A stretch of 63,793 bases of DNA, counting the filler, from Nemertoderma westbladi (Eukaryota > Animalia > Xenacoelomorpha), in NCBI GenBank assembly GCA_032718475.1. It is 3 parts of 3 records of this genome, joined end to end, with 100 filler letters (N's around TTAATTAATTAA, not from the genome) between each part and the next. Parts side by side here need not be neighbours in the genome. Positions count along the whole stretch, not along the records: positions 32,078 to 56,549 come from JAUCBJ010001389.1; positions 56,650 to 63,793 come from JAUCBJ010001117.1; 1 more part is not named here. One strand, 5' to 3'. A model generated the notes under the pieces. That model ran no database searches. It was given only the letters and a program-made list of their open reading frames with translations, and was not told the origin of the DNA. Every line of letters begins with the position of its first letter. Within the stretch, counting starts at the first letter, position 1. The position numbers and the translations under genes were made by a program. Below, piece after piece: positions 52,658 through 63,793 of the stretch.

Positions 52658-53777
52658 GCGCCCATGTGAAGAATACCAGGATTTCACTTTTCGGTCGACT
52701 TTTTATTTGAATTTTATATATGAAGATTTTTTATTTTTTTAAATTTATCTTTATTAAGTGTTTTATAGCGCTTATTTCTGTCTTATAACTTGTACATATA
52801 CTAATTCGTTTATTGTTTTGGTTAGATTCAGCCCTTCTGTAACCTGTGTTTTTGGTGAAAACCTGGTATTTTTCACATGGGGGTAACTGTAGAGTGAAAT
52901 ATAACAGCAGAAAGTCTGGTATTCTTCACATGGGGTAAACTGCAAAGTGAAATATAACAGCAGAAAGTCTGGTATTCTTCACATGGGCCCTATGAATATT
53001 ATTTTAAATAATGAGTAAATAACTGTTCCTTCACTACCGAACTTATAGGGATCGGACGAATATTCGTTTTCGTATTATGCGAATATTCGTCAAAAATTGG
53101 TTTGGTTCGTTTTCGTTTAGACAAATAACGAAAACAAAAATAGCCTTAATACAGTACCTATTACTGTAAATGGGGATGAAATATTTGTTTAAAATATTAA
53201 CATTAATAAAAGGAAGCAAAAATTGGCCCATGTCAAGAATACCAGACTTTCTGTCCCTGTCGTTATATTACACTTTACAGTTACCCCTATGCGAAGAATA
53301 CCAGGTTTTCACCAAAAACACAGGTTACATAAGGGCATAATCTAACCAAAACAATAAACGAATTACAGGTAGTATATGTATGTACAGGTTATAAAACAGA
53401 AATAAGCGCTACAAATCACTTACTAAAGATAAATTAAAAACAATAAAAAATCTTCTATACCTATAAAAATCAAATTCTCTCTCTCTCTCTCTCTCTGTGT
53501 TCGAACTCCTCCAAAACGGGTAGAGGGATTGCGCTGGAACTTGCAGGTGTGTATAACATTAACCAGCGGTCGTTATAGGCCACTTTTCGAAAAGTTTAAT
53601 TCACGTTCGGTACCGGTACTGGGTACCGGTACGTCATTAGGCCTATACCGGTACCAGTACGCCAGTAGGCCTATGCCGGTAGCGGGAAATGCCTCGGGTA
53701 TTGCCTGCTAGTCATATATAAAATTCCAATAAAAAGTCGACCGAAAAGTGAAATCCTGGTATTCTTCGCATGGGCGC
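52658..53777. mobile_element. Two copies of a MITE in inverted orientation (52658-52990 and 53225-53777)
   Basis: TIR G(C/G)GCCCATGTGAAGAATACCAG at each end. The first copy is TA-flanked, and the two copies are reverse complements. Confidence 0.7.
53454..53711 (+). mobile_element. Small non-autonomous Helitron inside the second MITE
   Basis: 5' TCTATACCTATAAAA, (TC)n, 3' hairpin GGAAATGCC-TC-GGGTATTGCC then CTAG|T. Absent from the first MITE copy. Confidence 0.75.
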
Positions 53778-54351
53778 CGAAATTTATTTCCGGTGAAATT
53801 TTATTATTTCTGAATAATAACTTAATAACATTTTTAAATAATGTAATAACACTAATAGGTACAGCTGCCGTGATATACAATATTTTGGCAAGAAACCAAC
53901 CAGCAGCAGTAACCAGTGCAATGAAATCCACCTACCCATGCTTACAAAATAAATTGCATTTATTAGAATCTCAGTAAATTCAAAACCACAGTATAAGGGC
54001 TTATCTGCCTATAGAGGCTTAACACAAACTATAGGCCAATGCTATAAGCCAAGCCCAACCAACATGCCACATACAGACATAGGCCTAATACATATTCATT
54101 AAACACACTTAACATAAGGCAGTAAGGTAAACTGATAGTTTTGTTTAGCAAAAGAGAGTACCTGCACAGTCAGACTTTTACATGTTAGACCTGTAGTCCA
54201 GTAGTCTGGAGACCTACAGAACAGTCAGACAGTGACACAGTGTCAGTGTTGAGGATGTCTAGCAGTCTAGCTCTGGTTTAGTGTTGGTCATTCATACAGT
54301 CATATGGCAGTATGGTAGGGTCTGATGGAGGGGTAGCGGTAGCCGGGCGGT

Positions 54352-56549
54352 AGGGGTCCGTCTAAAAGCCACATCGGACCCAATCGGTACCACATCGGAC
54401 CAAATCGGACCACATCGGACCACATCGGGGCCACATCGGACCACATCGGGGCCACATCGGAGCCACATCGGCCACAAATTAGCAATTTAGGATGTAAATA
54501 ACAAGTTCCAGCACCAACTGACCAAACTCGTATCAGTAATTCAGTAATTGTTAGTCTTTCTGACAACAGGTCAGGCTGGTAACCGGTACTGCACTGCAGT
54601 AGGTACTAGATACTAGAATATCTAATGCAGAGACTATTGCCCCTACTTATACAGCAGTACAGTACAGTACTGGACAGCTGGACGCAAATCCCATCTTGGC
54701 GAATTAATATCCCGCCTCAATGTTATATTCTCAATTTAGGGAAAGGAGCAGGTTGCAGTGGCACGTTATATTAACCAAAACAATAAACTAAACACAATTA
54801 TTATTTTTGATATTAATCATCTGTTATTTGCGTCGAATTTCCCCTGGAGAGGGAGGAATGTTTATTGCGTCCAGTTCCCCCACCCCCCCCCCCCCCCCCC
54901 TATCTGAATAATTTTGAGCTGAGCAAATATGTAGTACCACACCTTTGGCTGAGAGTTAGTGAAGCCTTTGATGCTGTTATTCTGATGTTCTGTTATCTGG
55001 TTATGTTCCAACTTTAAACGTTAACAACGTTCATACATCGGTCCCAATCGGTACCACATCGGACCAAATCGGTACCACATCGGACCTAATGGGTACGAAA
55101 TCGGACCCAATCGGTACCACATCGGACCAAATCGGTACCACATCGGACCCAATCGGTACCACATCGGACCAAATCGGTACCACATCGGAACCAATCGGTA
55201 CCACATCGGACCAAATTGGTACCACATCGGACCTAATGGGTACGACATCGGACCCAATCGGTACCACATCGGACCCAATTGGAACCACATCGGACCCAAT
55301 TGGTACCACATCGGACCAAATCGGTACCACATCGGACCCAATCGGTACCACATCGGACCCAATCGGTACCACATCGGACCCAATCGGTACCACATCGGAC
55401 CAAATCGGTACCACATTGGACCAAATCGGTACCACATCGGATCAAATGGGTACCATATCGGACCATATGGGTACAACATCGGACTAAATGGGTACCACAT
55501 TGGACCGAATGGGTACCACATCGGACCCAATCGGTACCACATTGGTACCACATTGGAACAAATCGGCACCACATCGGACCCAATCGGTACCAAATCGGAC
55601 CAAATCGGTATCACATCGGACCTTATGGGTACCACATCGGACCCAATCGGTACCACATCGGACCCAATCGGTACCACATCGGACCAAATCGGAACCACAT
55701 TGGACCAAATCGGTACCACATCGGATCAATTGGGTACCATATCGGACCATATGGGTACCACATCGGACCAAATGGGTACCACATTGGACCAAATGGGTAC
55801 CACATCAGACCAAATCGGTACCACATCGGACCCAATCGGGTTCACATCGAACCTAATCGCTACCACATCAGACCCGGTCAGACCTAATCGGTACCGCACA
55901 TGGTCCAGAGATCCCAGACGACTCCACAGTCCATTCCGATTGGTGGAAGAATATGTTGCATGATTGAATCCTCGGATCGCATATCGTGTTACTACAATAA
56001 TGTATCTTTCGATTGACAATTAGATGTTCGGTGATAAAACTCCATGGAATTCTTAAACCATACAGTCTATTGGGAATTCAATTGTCATCAAGCGTACAAA
56101 ACACTCGTCTCCTCCTAGATGTTGGTATTTTTTTTGGTATTACATTATATCATTATGCCAAATTAATAAACATAAATAAATAAAACAAACTAAAGTAAAA
56201 TAACACGTTACGCTTACAGTTACATGTATGTTGCATTAACCAAAATAATAAGAAAATCACTACCAATTCGGACCCAATTGGTGCCACATCGGAGCCACAT
56301 CGGTGCTGATTGCGACCAGTAGCTTTGGTCCGGGCTGGTACCTTTTGAGTCTGGCTTGGAACCTTTTTGAGAACGGTGTGGTACCGATTGGGTCCGATGT
56401 GGTACCAATTGGGCCGATGTGGTACCGATGTGGTACCGATTGGGTCCGATGTGGTACCCATTGGTTCCGATGAGGTACCGTTTGGGTCCGATGTGGTACC
56501 GATTGGGTCCGATGTGGTACCCATTAGGACCGATGTGGTACCGATTTGG
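54352..56549. repeat. 21-bp minisatellite (GGTACCACATCGGACCCAATC)n, probably arms of a foldback/MULE-like element
   Basis: Main array 55035-55895, short array 54370-54475, and an inverted array 56375-56549 running into the gap. Confidence 0.85.
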
Positions 56550-56649
56550 NNNNNNNNNNNNNNNNNNNNNNNNNNNNNNNNNNNNNNNNNNNNTTAATTA
56601 ATTAANNNNNNNNNNNNNNNNNNNNNNNNNNNNNNNNNNNNNNNNNNNN
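56550..56649. other. Artificial contig linker
   Basis: 44 N + TTAATTAATTAA + 44 N. Confidence 0.97.
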
Positions 56650-56758
56650 CCTATTGTGCAATTCCACGGTCTACTGGTAGGGGGGGGCTAAATATCTAAT
56701 CGTCAAGGCTTAAGAACTTTTGAAGGGCCATTTCAACAATAAATTATACATATATAAT

Positions 56759-57521
56759 ACACGAAGTGTGGCCTTGAGCTTGCAAAACACATTATATAAA
56801 CTTATGTTAAGTGTCAACTCAAAATAATTATAAACAAAATAGGCCTATAAGCAGATGTCCATTTATTTATAAAGCATCACTTTTACCCCCTTAAGTCAGA
56901 CTTGGTAACTGCAGATAGTTTAAGACCTCACAAAAACTGAGTATACAATCTAGAAGATATGTGCCAGGTATCAATCAGTGTTTTAATTTCAACCCACTAG
57001 CGGTAGACTGGAGAACTGCAGATGGATTCGTGTCCCCACAAAGAGGCAGCCTGTGGATAGTCTTAGCATGTACGTATATCTGACAAGTTTCAACAAGGAC
57101 GGATAAAAATGGACGGACGAAATGAGAGATGGTTTTCACTTTCAGACATTTAACCCTCTAGCGGCATATTGTAGAATTGCGGACCGAATTCCTCACAAAG
57201 GAACTAACAGTATGTTGTCTAGTTCATATATGCTAAGATTCAGAAAGGATGGAAATTGACATTTAATGTTTAGACATGGGGCCCTCTAGCGGTAGACAAT
57301 TGAACTGATTGTGCCCTAAAGTCTCTCAAAAATCTCAACCTTGGCTCTTATTGGTGCCTACAATATTTCAACTTGACAGTTTCTGATAAAGTTATTAGCA
57401 TGTCAAAATCGTAACAACGACTACGGCAAAAATTTAATAAAGAAGAAAGAAAAAAACTATTCCCCCCCCCCCCCCCCCCCCTAACAGTGTCACTTCCGCC
57501 AACTTCGTGGATCGCCCCACA
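56759..57521. mobile_element. ACA-flanked Helentron/HINE-like element, diverged copy
   Basis: Ends ACACGAAGTG...TTCGTGGATCGCCCCACA. Shares CCCTCTAGCGG units with 15207-15713. Confidence 0.6.
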
Positions 57522-58159
57522 GTTTCACATATAGACTCTCGTACTGTATAAATTGTTGATGGTAGAACTACAGTATATAGAACTATGTAATCAATGCCCT
57601 GATTGGATCCAAACTAAGCAGAGATTCACTTTGGTAGCAATTAGTACCCAACTCGCCAACTGAGGCGCCTTTGCAGGGCACTGTTGGTAATGGTTAGTTG
57701 AACCATTCATGTTTGAGAAGGTTACCATAAATATTGAAATGCGTTCTAGAATTCGATTTCATGGCCGTCTGACAGACCACAGACAGACTAAAGTAATATA
57801 TAATAATATTAATAGTAAATTAAATAAAAGTTAATCCTGGAAGGAATCATCAGTAGAATCAGTCCACCAAGGAATAATAATCAATCCGTCCTCCAATCCA
57901 ATCCAATCCAATCCGTCCAGTAACATCAGTTATTTACTCTTGGTTCTCTTCATACGTTATTGAGATTATAGGTAATCCACCACAACCGTTCCGTAGAGAA
58001 TCTAGGAGATTTCAATTTATAGTTAAGTAAGGAAGTAAGTAACCTAAGAAAGTTACGTTTGTAAGTAAGTATAAGTGAATAAAGTATGTAAGTAGTACGT
58101 TAGTTAGTACAGTAACTTAAGTAATTAAGTTAGTGAATAAGTACATAAGAAATAACCTG

Positions 58160-58290
58160 ATTCAGTTCGCCATTGTCCGCGGCGCATCCCATTGTATCCG
58201 AGGGTCGAGGATAAAGTGGTGGATCGACCTTAGGATGATCTCCCGGGACCAGAACTAGCATTCTAACCCTAAGCTAGAATGACTGGACTA
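58160..58290 (-). mobile_element. Possible short tRNA-derived SINE
   Basis: GC-rich island in simple repeats. The minus strand has A-box-like TAGCTTAGGGTTAG and B-box-like GGTCGATCC. Confidence 0.35.
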
Positions 58291-58433
58291 ATTAAATATA
58301 ATTTTAAGTTTATAAGCTGTTTTAAATTTGTCGGAAGTTCAACCATACAAATTGTCATAATTATATAATAAGTAATACTGTAAAAAAGCTTGTAAAAAAG
58401 TATGTTTTAAGAAAGTACTATAGTACTATAGGG

Positions 58434-59230
58434 TACTATAGCACACGATTTTCAGTTACTCATGTTCTGTCGTGTCCCACAGGAGGATTTCCCTCTATTA
58501 GGCACAATGAGATTAGAGATTTCATTGTTTCCACTCTCTCAGAAGTCGCCCATAGTGTAACTGTTGAGCCAATGCTCCAGTCCCTCACTGGTGAGACCTT
58601 CGTTCATCGCTCAACATCAACTGACCAGTTGGCCCGTCTAGATGTATCTGCTTGTGGGTTTTGGGGAAACCGATTTCAAAGAACTTTCATTGACGTGTCG
58701 GTCTTCAACCCTCTCGCAGCCTCCTACGTCTCCATGGATTCGGACGCTGTCTACCGCCACAACGAGAACCGCAAGGTCCTCAAATATGAGGAACGTTTAA
58801 GGGAGGTTGAACATTCAACCTTTACTCCCTTCATCCTGTCGGCTTACAGTGGCATGGGCCCATCGGCGAGCCAGTTCGTGAAGAGGCTGTCGATGAAGTT
58901 GTGCGACAAACGAAGCGTCCCGTACTCAGATTGCGTTGTCTGGGTGAGGCGCAACCTGAGCTTTGCTCTACTTCGGTCGGCGCTGCTCTGCTTACGTGGG
59001 TGCCGCTCTGCAGCCAGGCGGCCAGTCAAAGTGACTTGGGCTGAGGCAGCCATCGTGATGGCGAATGCGGAGGTGGAACCATAAAATATATAATATTTAA
59101 ACTATCTATTAGCAAGTCAGCTGGTGGTGGGTTTATTTTATCCGTGTGTATATTGATGTCATGTCCTATTGTTCGATTGAAAGTTTTTTAACTATTGTAA
59201 ATAAAATGAGGATTGGTTTCAAAAAAAAAA
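58434..59230 (+). mobile_element. 5'-truncated CRE-clade-like non-LTR retrotransposon (restriction-like endonuclease; frame open 58446-59084)
   Basis: HVLSC, RHNEIRD, VEP, ARLDV, FIDVSVFNP, KVLKY, FTPF, LSFALLR. AATAAA and poly(A) at 59221-59230. Candidate TSD ACTATAGGG (58425, 59231). Confidence 0.8.
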
Positions 59231-59299
59231 ACTATAGGGAACATACTAAGAAAATTAAGGTATGTACTGTAGGTCTGTACTGGTATCTAGGTAAGTTTA

Positions 59300-60680
59300 C
59301 TACTTAAATAGTTATAATGTAGTTAGTATCTACGTACGGAATTAAGTGAGTACGTATGTAAGTTACTAAGTAAGTTAGTTAGTATATACTTAAGTAGGTA
59401 GGTAAGTTAGTATGTACGTACGCAATTACGTACAACGTAAGTTATGAATTAAGTAAGTACGCATGCAAGTACTTAAGTAAGTTACTAATCAAGTCCCATG
59501 TAAGTAAGAAAGAACGTAAATTACTGAGTGTGTAATAAGTAGGCTTATGTCAGCAAGTGACTTACGTACTTAATTACTTACTTACTCATTCACTCACTTA
59601 CTTTCTTACTCACTTGCATAATTACTCACTTATTACCCAATGACTTACTTACTACTTACTTACTACTTACTTACGTACTTACTTACTCTACCTACCTACT
59701 TACTTACCTACCTTCCTACTTACGAATTTACGTACTCACTCAATTACTTACTTTCTCATTTACTCACTCACTTAAATGCATACTTACTCACTTACATGCT
59801 GTAGTAACATACATAATATTTTAATAACTACGGTGCCTTGTTTGCGGAAAATCTGATTTGTTCTTTCTTACTTACTCACTCACTCACTTACTTTCTTATT
59901 TGTCCACCCACACACTCATTCTTTCAATCACTCGCTCGCTCACGCACACATTCACTCACCCACTCACTCGCTCACTCACACATTCACTCGCTCACTCACT
60001 CACTCACACATTCACTCACTCGCTCACCCACACACCCACTCACTCGCTCACTCACCTCGCTCACTCACTCACACATTCACTCACTCACACTTTCGCTCAC
60101 TCACACATTCACTCACTCACTCGCTCACACACACATTCACTCACTCACTCGCTCGCTCACTCGCTCGCTCACTCACACATTCACTCACTCATTTAGTTAC
60201 TTACTTTCTTACTTACCTACTTACTTACTTTCTTTCTTACTTACTTACATAATAACCTACCGACTTACTTACTCACTCACTCACTTACTTTACTTACCCA
60301 CTCACTTATTTACTCACTCACTTACTTACTTACTCACTTACCTACTTACTTACTTACTGACTCACTTACTTGCTCACTCACTTACATTCTTATTTCACTC
60401 ACTCTCTCAATCACTCACTCGCTCACTCACACATTAACTCACTCATTCATTCACCCACCCACTCAATCAATCAGTCACTCACTCAGTCAGTCTCTCATTC
60501 ATTCACACATTCACTCATTCATTCACTCGCTCACTCACACATTCACTCACTCACCCACTCACTCACCCACTCACTCAGTCACTCACTCACACATTCACTC
60601 ACCCACCCACTCACTCAGTTACTCACTCACACATTCACTCACTCACTCACTCGCTCATCACACATTCACTCACTCTTATT
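59300..60680. repeat. Degenerate (TAAG)n/(TACT)n/(CACT)n microsatellites
   Basis: Directly visible. Confidence 0.9.
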
Positions 60681-62251
60681 AACATACTTTATTGAAATAT
60701 TAACGACTTTTTAAAAGACTATTAACAACTTCCTTGCTTACTTTAACTTGCCTATAGAGTTTATAACCCACAGTACAAATTATCCATTGTAGAAAAATTT
60801 GTCTACGAAAACCATCGGAGTATATTTCAAGTTTAGAATAATTACAAAGATAACAGCCCTAATATTCCGATATATTATTACCATCTCATTAACTGATACT
60901 CTAACTGGTGTGGTGGTTGTACGGCAAACCCCATATTATTGGAAAGATGTGTCTACATAGAAGGTGTACATTATAAATGTAAAATACAACCTAAGGACCA
61001 CTCTGATACAAAGAGGCCAATGGGCCACAAGGCCACACAGTTAGCGCAGATATATGTTGTAACTGTAAAACGCAACCTTAGGACCAGTCAGATACGAAAG
61101 CAGTCAATGGGCCACAGGGCCTAGAGGCAACATGTTGCCAAGATGCCACTAATGTTGCCATAGGGCCACATTTATATGCTGAGAGGTTGCCAATGGGCCA
61201 CTGTCAATTCTGGAGGGGTGGCACAGTGGCAACATTTATATCAATATATATATATATATATATTATATAACTATTATAGTAATTAACAAATTTTTTGGTA
61301 CCACCTCGATATATTTACCAATAACGGAATTTTTGTACATAACACTAGAACATTAGCTATTACTTATAGCTACTTAAAGCTTTTGGAGTCCATGATTTTG
61401 AGACAGTGGTTGAAGTCCGTGGTTTGTAGTCGGTGGTTTTCCTCACGGTTCTACTATAGCTAAGAAAATAATGTCACTGAAGCGAAAGTCATCCGAAGAC
61501 CTTCATTTGAACGACAAAGTAGTGTTCCAAAAAATGAAGAGGGTGGTAGTAAAAAACCGAGCAATGAAGCTGAAAACGTTAATTCAGCAGCAGATTCTAC
61601 CGAAATCATTCTGAATAATTTCTTCGAAGCATGGAAGACGTGGAGGAAGGTGGACATGCTGATATCGGATTACCTTTGAGAAGTTACTCGGGGCACATCT
61701 ACCATTTCGATATTTTGTTGAAAATTTATTTTTCCAACAATCATTGAAGAACAAAATAATTGACGTCGCCAAAAAAATGTGGGGGAAACATATTGACATA
61801 CATATGACTGGATTGGGAGGACACTTCTTTATATTTGGTGTTCATATAAAGTGACCGAATCACATTATGTATGTGCATCATATATAATAAGGAATGATTT
61901 TATAGGTATAACAAAAAGCTTATAATTAATTAATAAACAGAAGTTTATAATGCAATTATAGTTATAAATATTTTTAATTATTCTGTTCCTTTAATAGAAA
62001 TAGCACAACGCTGTCACATACCATACGGTTATAATTATTACTTGTATGGCTCAATCAAAACTACATATTATTCCTAATATTTTAATTACAGTCTAGCAAC
62101 CTCTAAACTAACTAATATGTGGGGCTTTCGTGCTGCAGAATATATATTGATATATTTATATGGAAAATGGTGCTATTTGTTTTCCATGCAAGGTGGCTAA
62201 GCAGTTCTTAAGTCCTCCAACTGGCACGGTTTCATCTGAAAGGGAATTTAC

Positions 62252-63793
62252 CCCTATTAGTACCAGGCTATAAAATGTTGTACAATATTGACCCCCCCCC
62301 CCACCCCCCCCCCTCTAATATCTACAAATTTTTAGGAAAACTATTTTTTGTACGTAGGTATCACTAGTCTGGATCCGACCGAAAATTTTCGAAAAAATGT
62401 ACTGGGGTGGTTATATTACAGCACCAAAATTACAAGTAGTGCACAATTTTCACAAAATTTGAAAGTTGCATTATTTGGCTAATTGTATTTCAAAACAGGT
62501 TTTCTGGGGCGCAAAATACATTGGAAAATATTTAAAAATGATATGATTTCTATAAATGGCGGTTTAGTCCTCTCTGCGTAGGAAAAAAATGAATAAAACA
62601 AGTAACAAAAACTTTTCAGTTAGAACACAAAATTTTTAATTCACTTATACGATGCTATAAATTCACATTTATAGGTTTTCCAGGGCGCTGCTTCTAATGG
62701 AATACATTTTTAATATGCCAGATCATTGCTACTTGTATTTTTCGGCATAATTTGGCAAATTTTGGTGCTAGCACCAAATTTCGTACCCATCAACAAAAAG
62801 TACAAGTTTGCGATGTCCAGTGCTGTTTTTATTGTTTCCATCGGATTCAGGACCCTCATAAACGCGTATAACGCAAGAAACAAGATGATACTATCTCCTG
62901 ATCAATTTGCTTATTTCCAAAAATTTGGTGCTGGCACAACAATTTTTACCCACAGGCGAAAAATACAAGTTTGAAAACTCTTATGAAATTTTTACTGATT
63001 CCATTGAATTCAGAATCCTCACAAACCCATATAACGCAAGAAACAAGGTGACACAATCAATTGATATATTTTTGGTTTTCAAAATTTGGTGCTAGCACCA
63101 CATTTTGCACCCACTTCCGAAAAATACAAGTTTGAAAGGTCTAGTTCGATAATAATATATTCCATTGAATTCAAAACAGCCATAAACCTCTAAAACGCAA
63201 GAAATAAATTGTCACAAGCAATTTTATATATTGAATGGATTTTCAAAATTTCGTGCTAGCACCAAAATTTGCACACAGCACCGAAAAATACAAGTTTGAT
63301 ACGCTTGGTGCAACTCGTATATATTCCATCGAAACCAGAACCCCAAAAAACCCCAATTGCGTAAAAGACAAGTTTCAAACAATCAATTTACAAAATTGAC
63401 ATATTTCAAAATTTGGTGCTGGCACCAAAATTTGGCACCCGCCGAAAAAAGACAAGTTTGAAATTTCTAAATCACTTTATATGAATTCCATCCAATTGCT
63501 AACGCCAAAAAACCGATGTAAATCAAAAATAGAGATGTTACAAGTCATATTTAATGAACTGTAATTTTCAAAAAACGTCTCAAAAAAGTGCCGAAAGTAG
63601 GGTTAAAAAATGGTGCTATAACTCGAAAACTTCCAAATATTTTTGAAAGCGGTTTTCACTACTAGAAAGACAATAGATTTTTAGGAAAAGCCATAAAATT
63701 TCAGATTCCCAACTGCGTTTGTTTCAGAATTATAACAAAAAAACCACGGGGGGGGGGGGGGGGGTCATATTGACCCCCCCCCGGGTTTAATAG
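62252..63793 (+). mobile_element. piggyBac-like MITE, uninterrupted copy, runs to the window end
   Basis: CCCTATTAG start and TAATAG at the window edge. Internal AAATTTGGTGCT units. Reverse-complement homolog of the 10715-19047 core. Confidence 0.75.

Noticed and set aside
55021-56019. Repetitive ORFs (GPMWYR, SDVVPI, GTTSDPI)
   Set aside because: Translations of the 21-bp minisatellite.
59838-60714. His/Ser/Leu/Thr-rich ORFs
   Set aside because: Translations of (CACT)n/(TACT)n microsatellite.

Overview
AT-rich animal (invertebrate-like) genomic DNA, not prokaryotic. It consists of three contigs (1-31977, 32078-56549, 56650-63793) joined by artificial N44-TTAATTAATTAA-N44 linkers. Most of the window is transposable elements, often nested. 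These include a LINE carrying an 18-bp minisatellite, a Penelope-like GIY-YIG element with inverted pLTRs and minimal hammerhead ribozymes, L2/CR1-group and RTE-like LINEs, a CRE-type RLE fragment, a BEL/Pao integrase plus LTR, tRNA-SINEs, Helitron/Helentron-like elements, and many MITEs (piggyBac-, MULE-, Sola1-, Kolobok-, hAT-, P- and EnSpm-like). The only clearly intact host gene is an intronless 10-finger C2H2 zinc-finger gene (48806-50173), head-to-head with a related ZNF pseudogene. Highlights: (1) a 344-bp insertion with a 7-bp TSD containing a tRNA-like Pol III promoter fused to a complete hammerhead ribozyme; (2) a recent tandem duplication whose junction puts an intact BEL/Pao integrase in frame with the ZNF N-terminus, separated by a single TGA-C codon; (3) a Penelope/LINE composite that appears to be one insertion; (4) an ACA-flanked Helentron-like family with an empty site visible in the window. 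Coordinates were read by eye and family assignments rest on motif recognition, not database searches.
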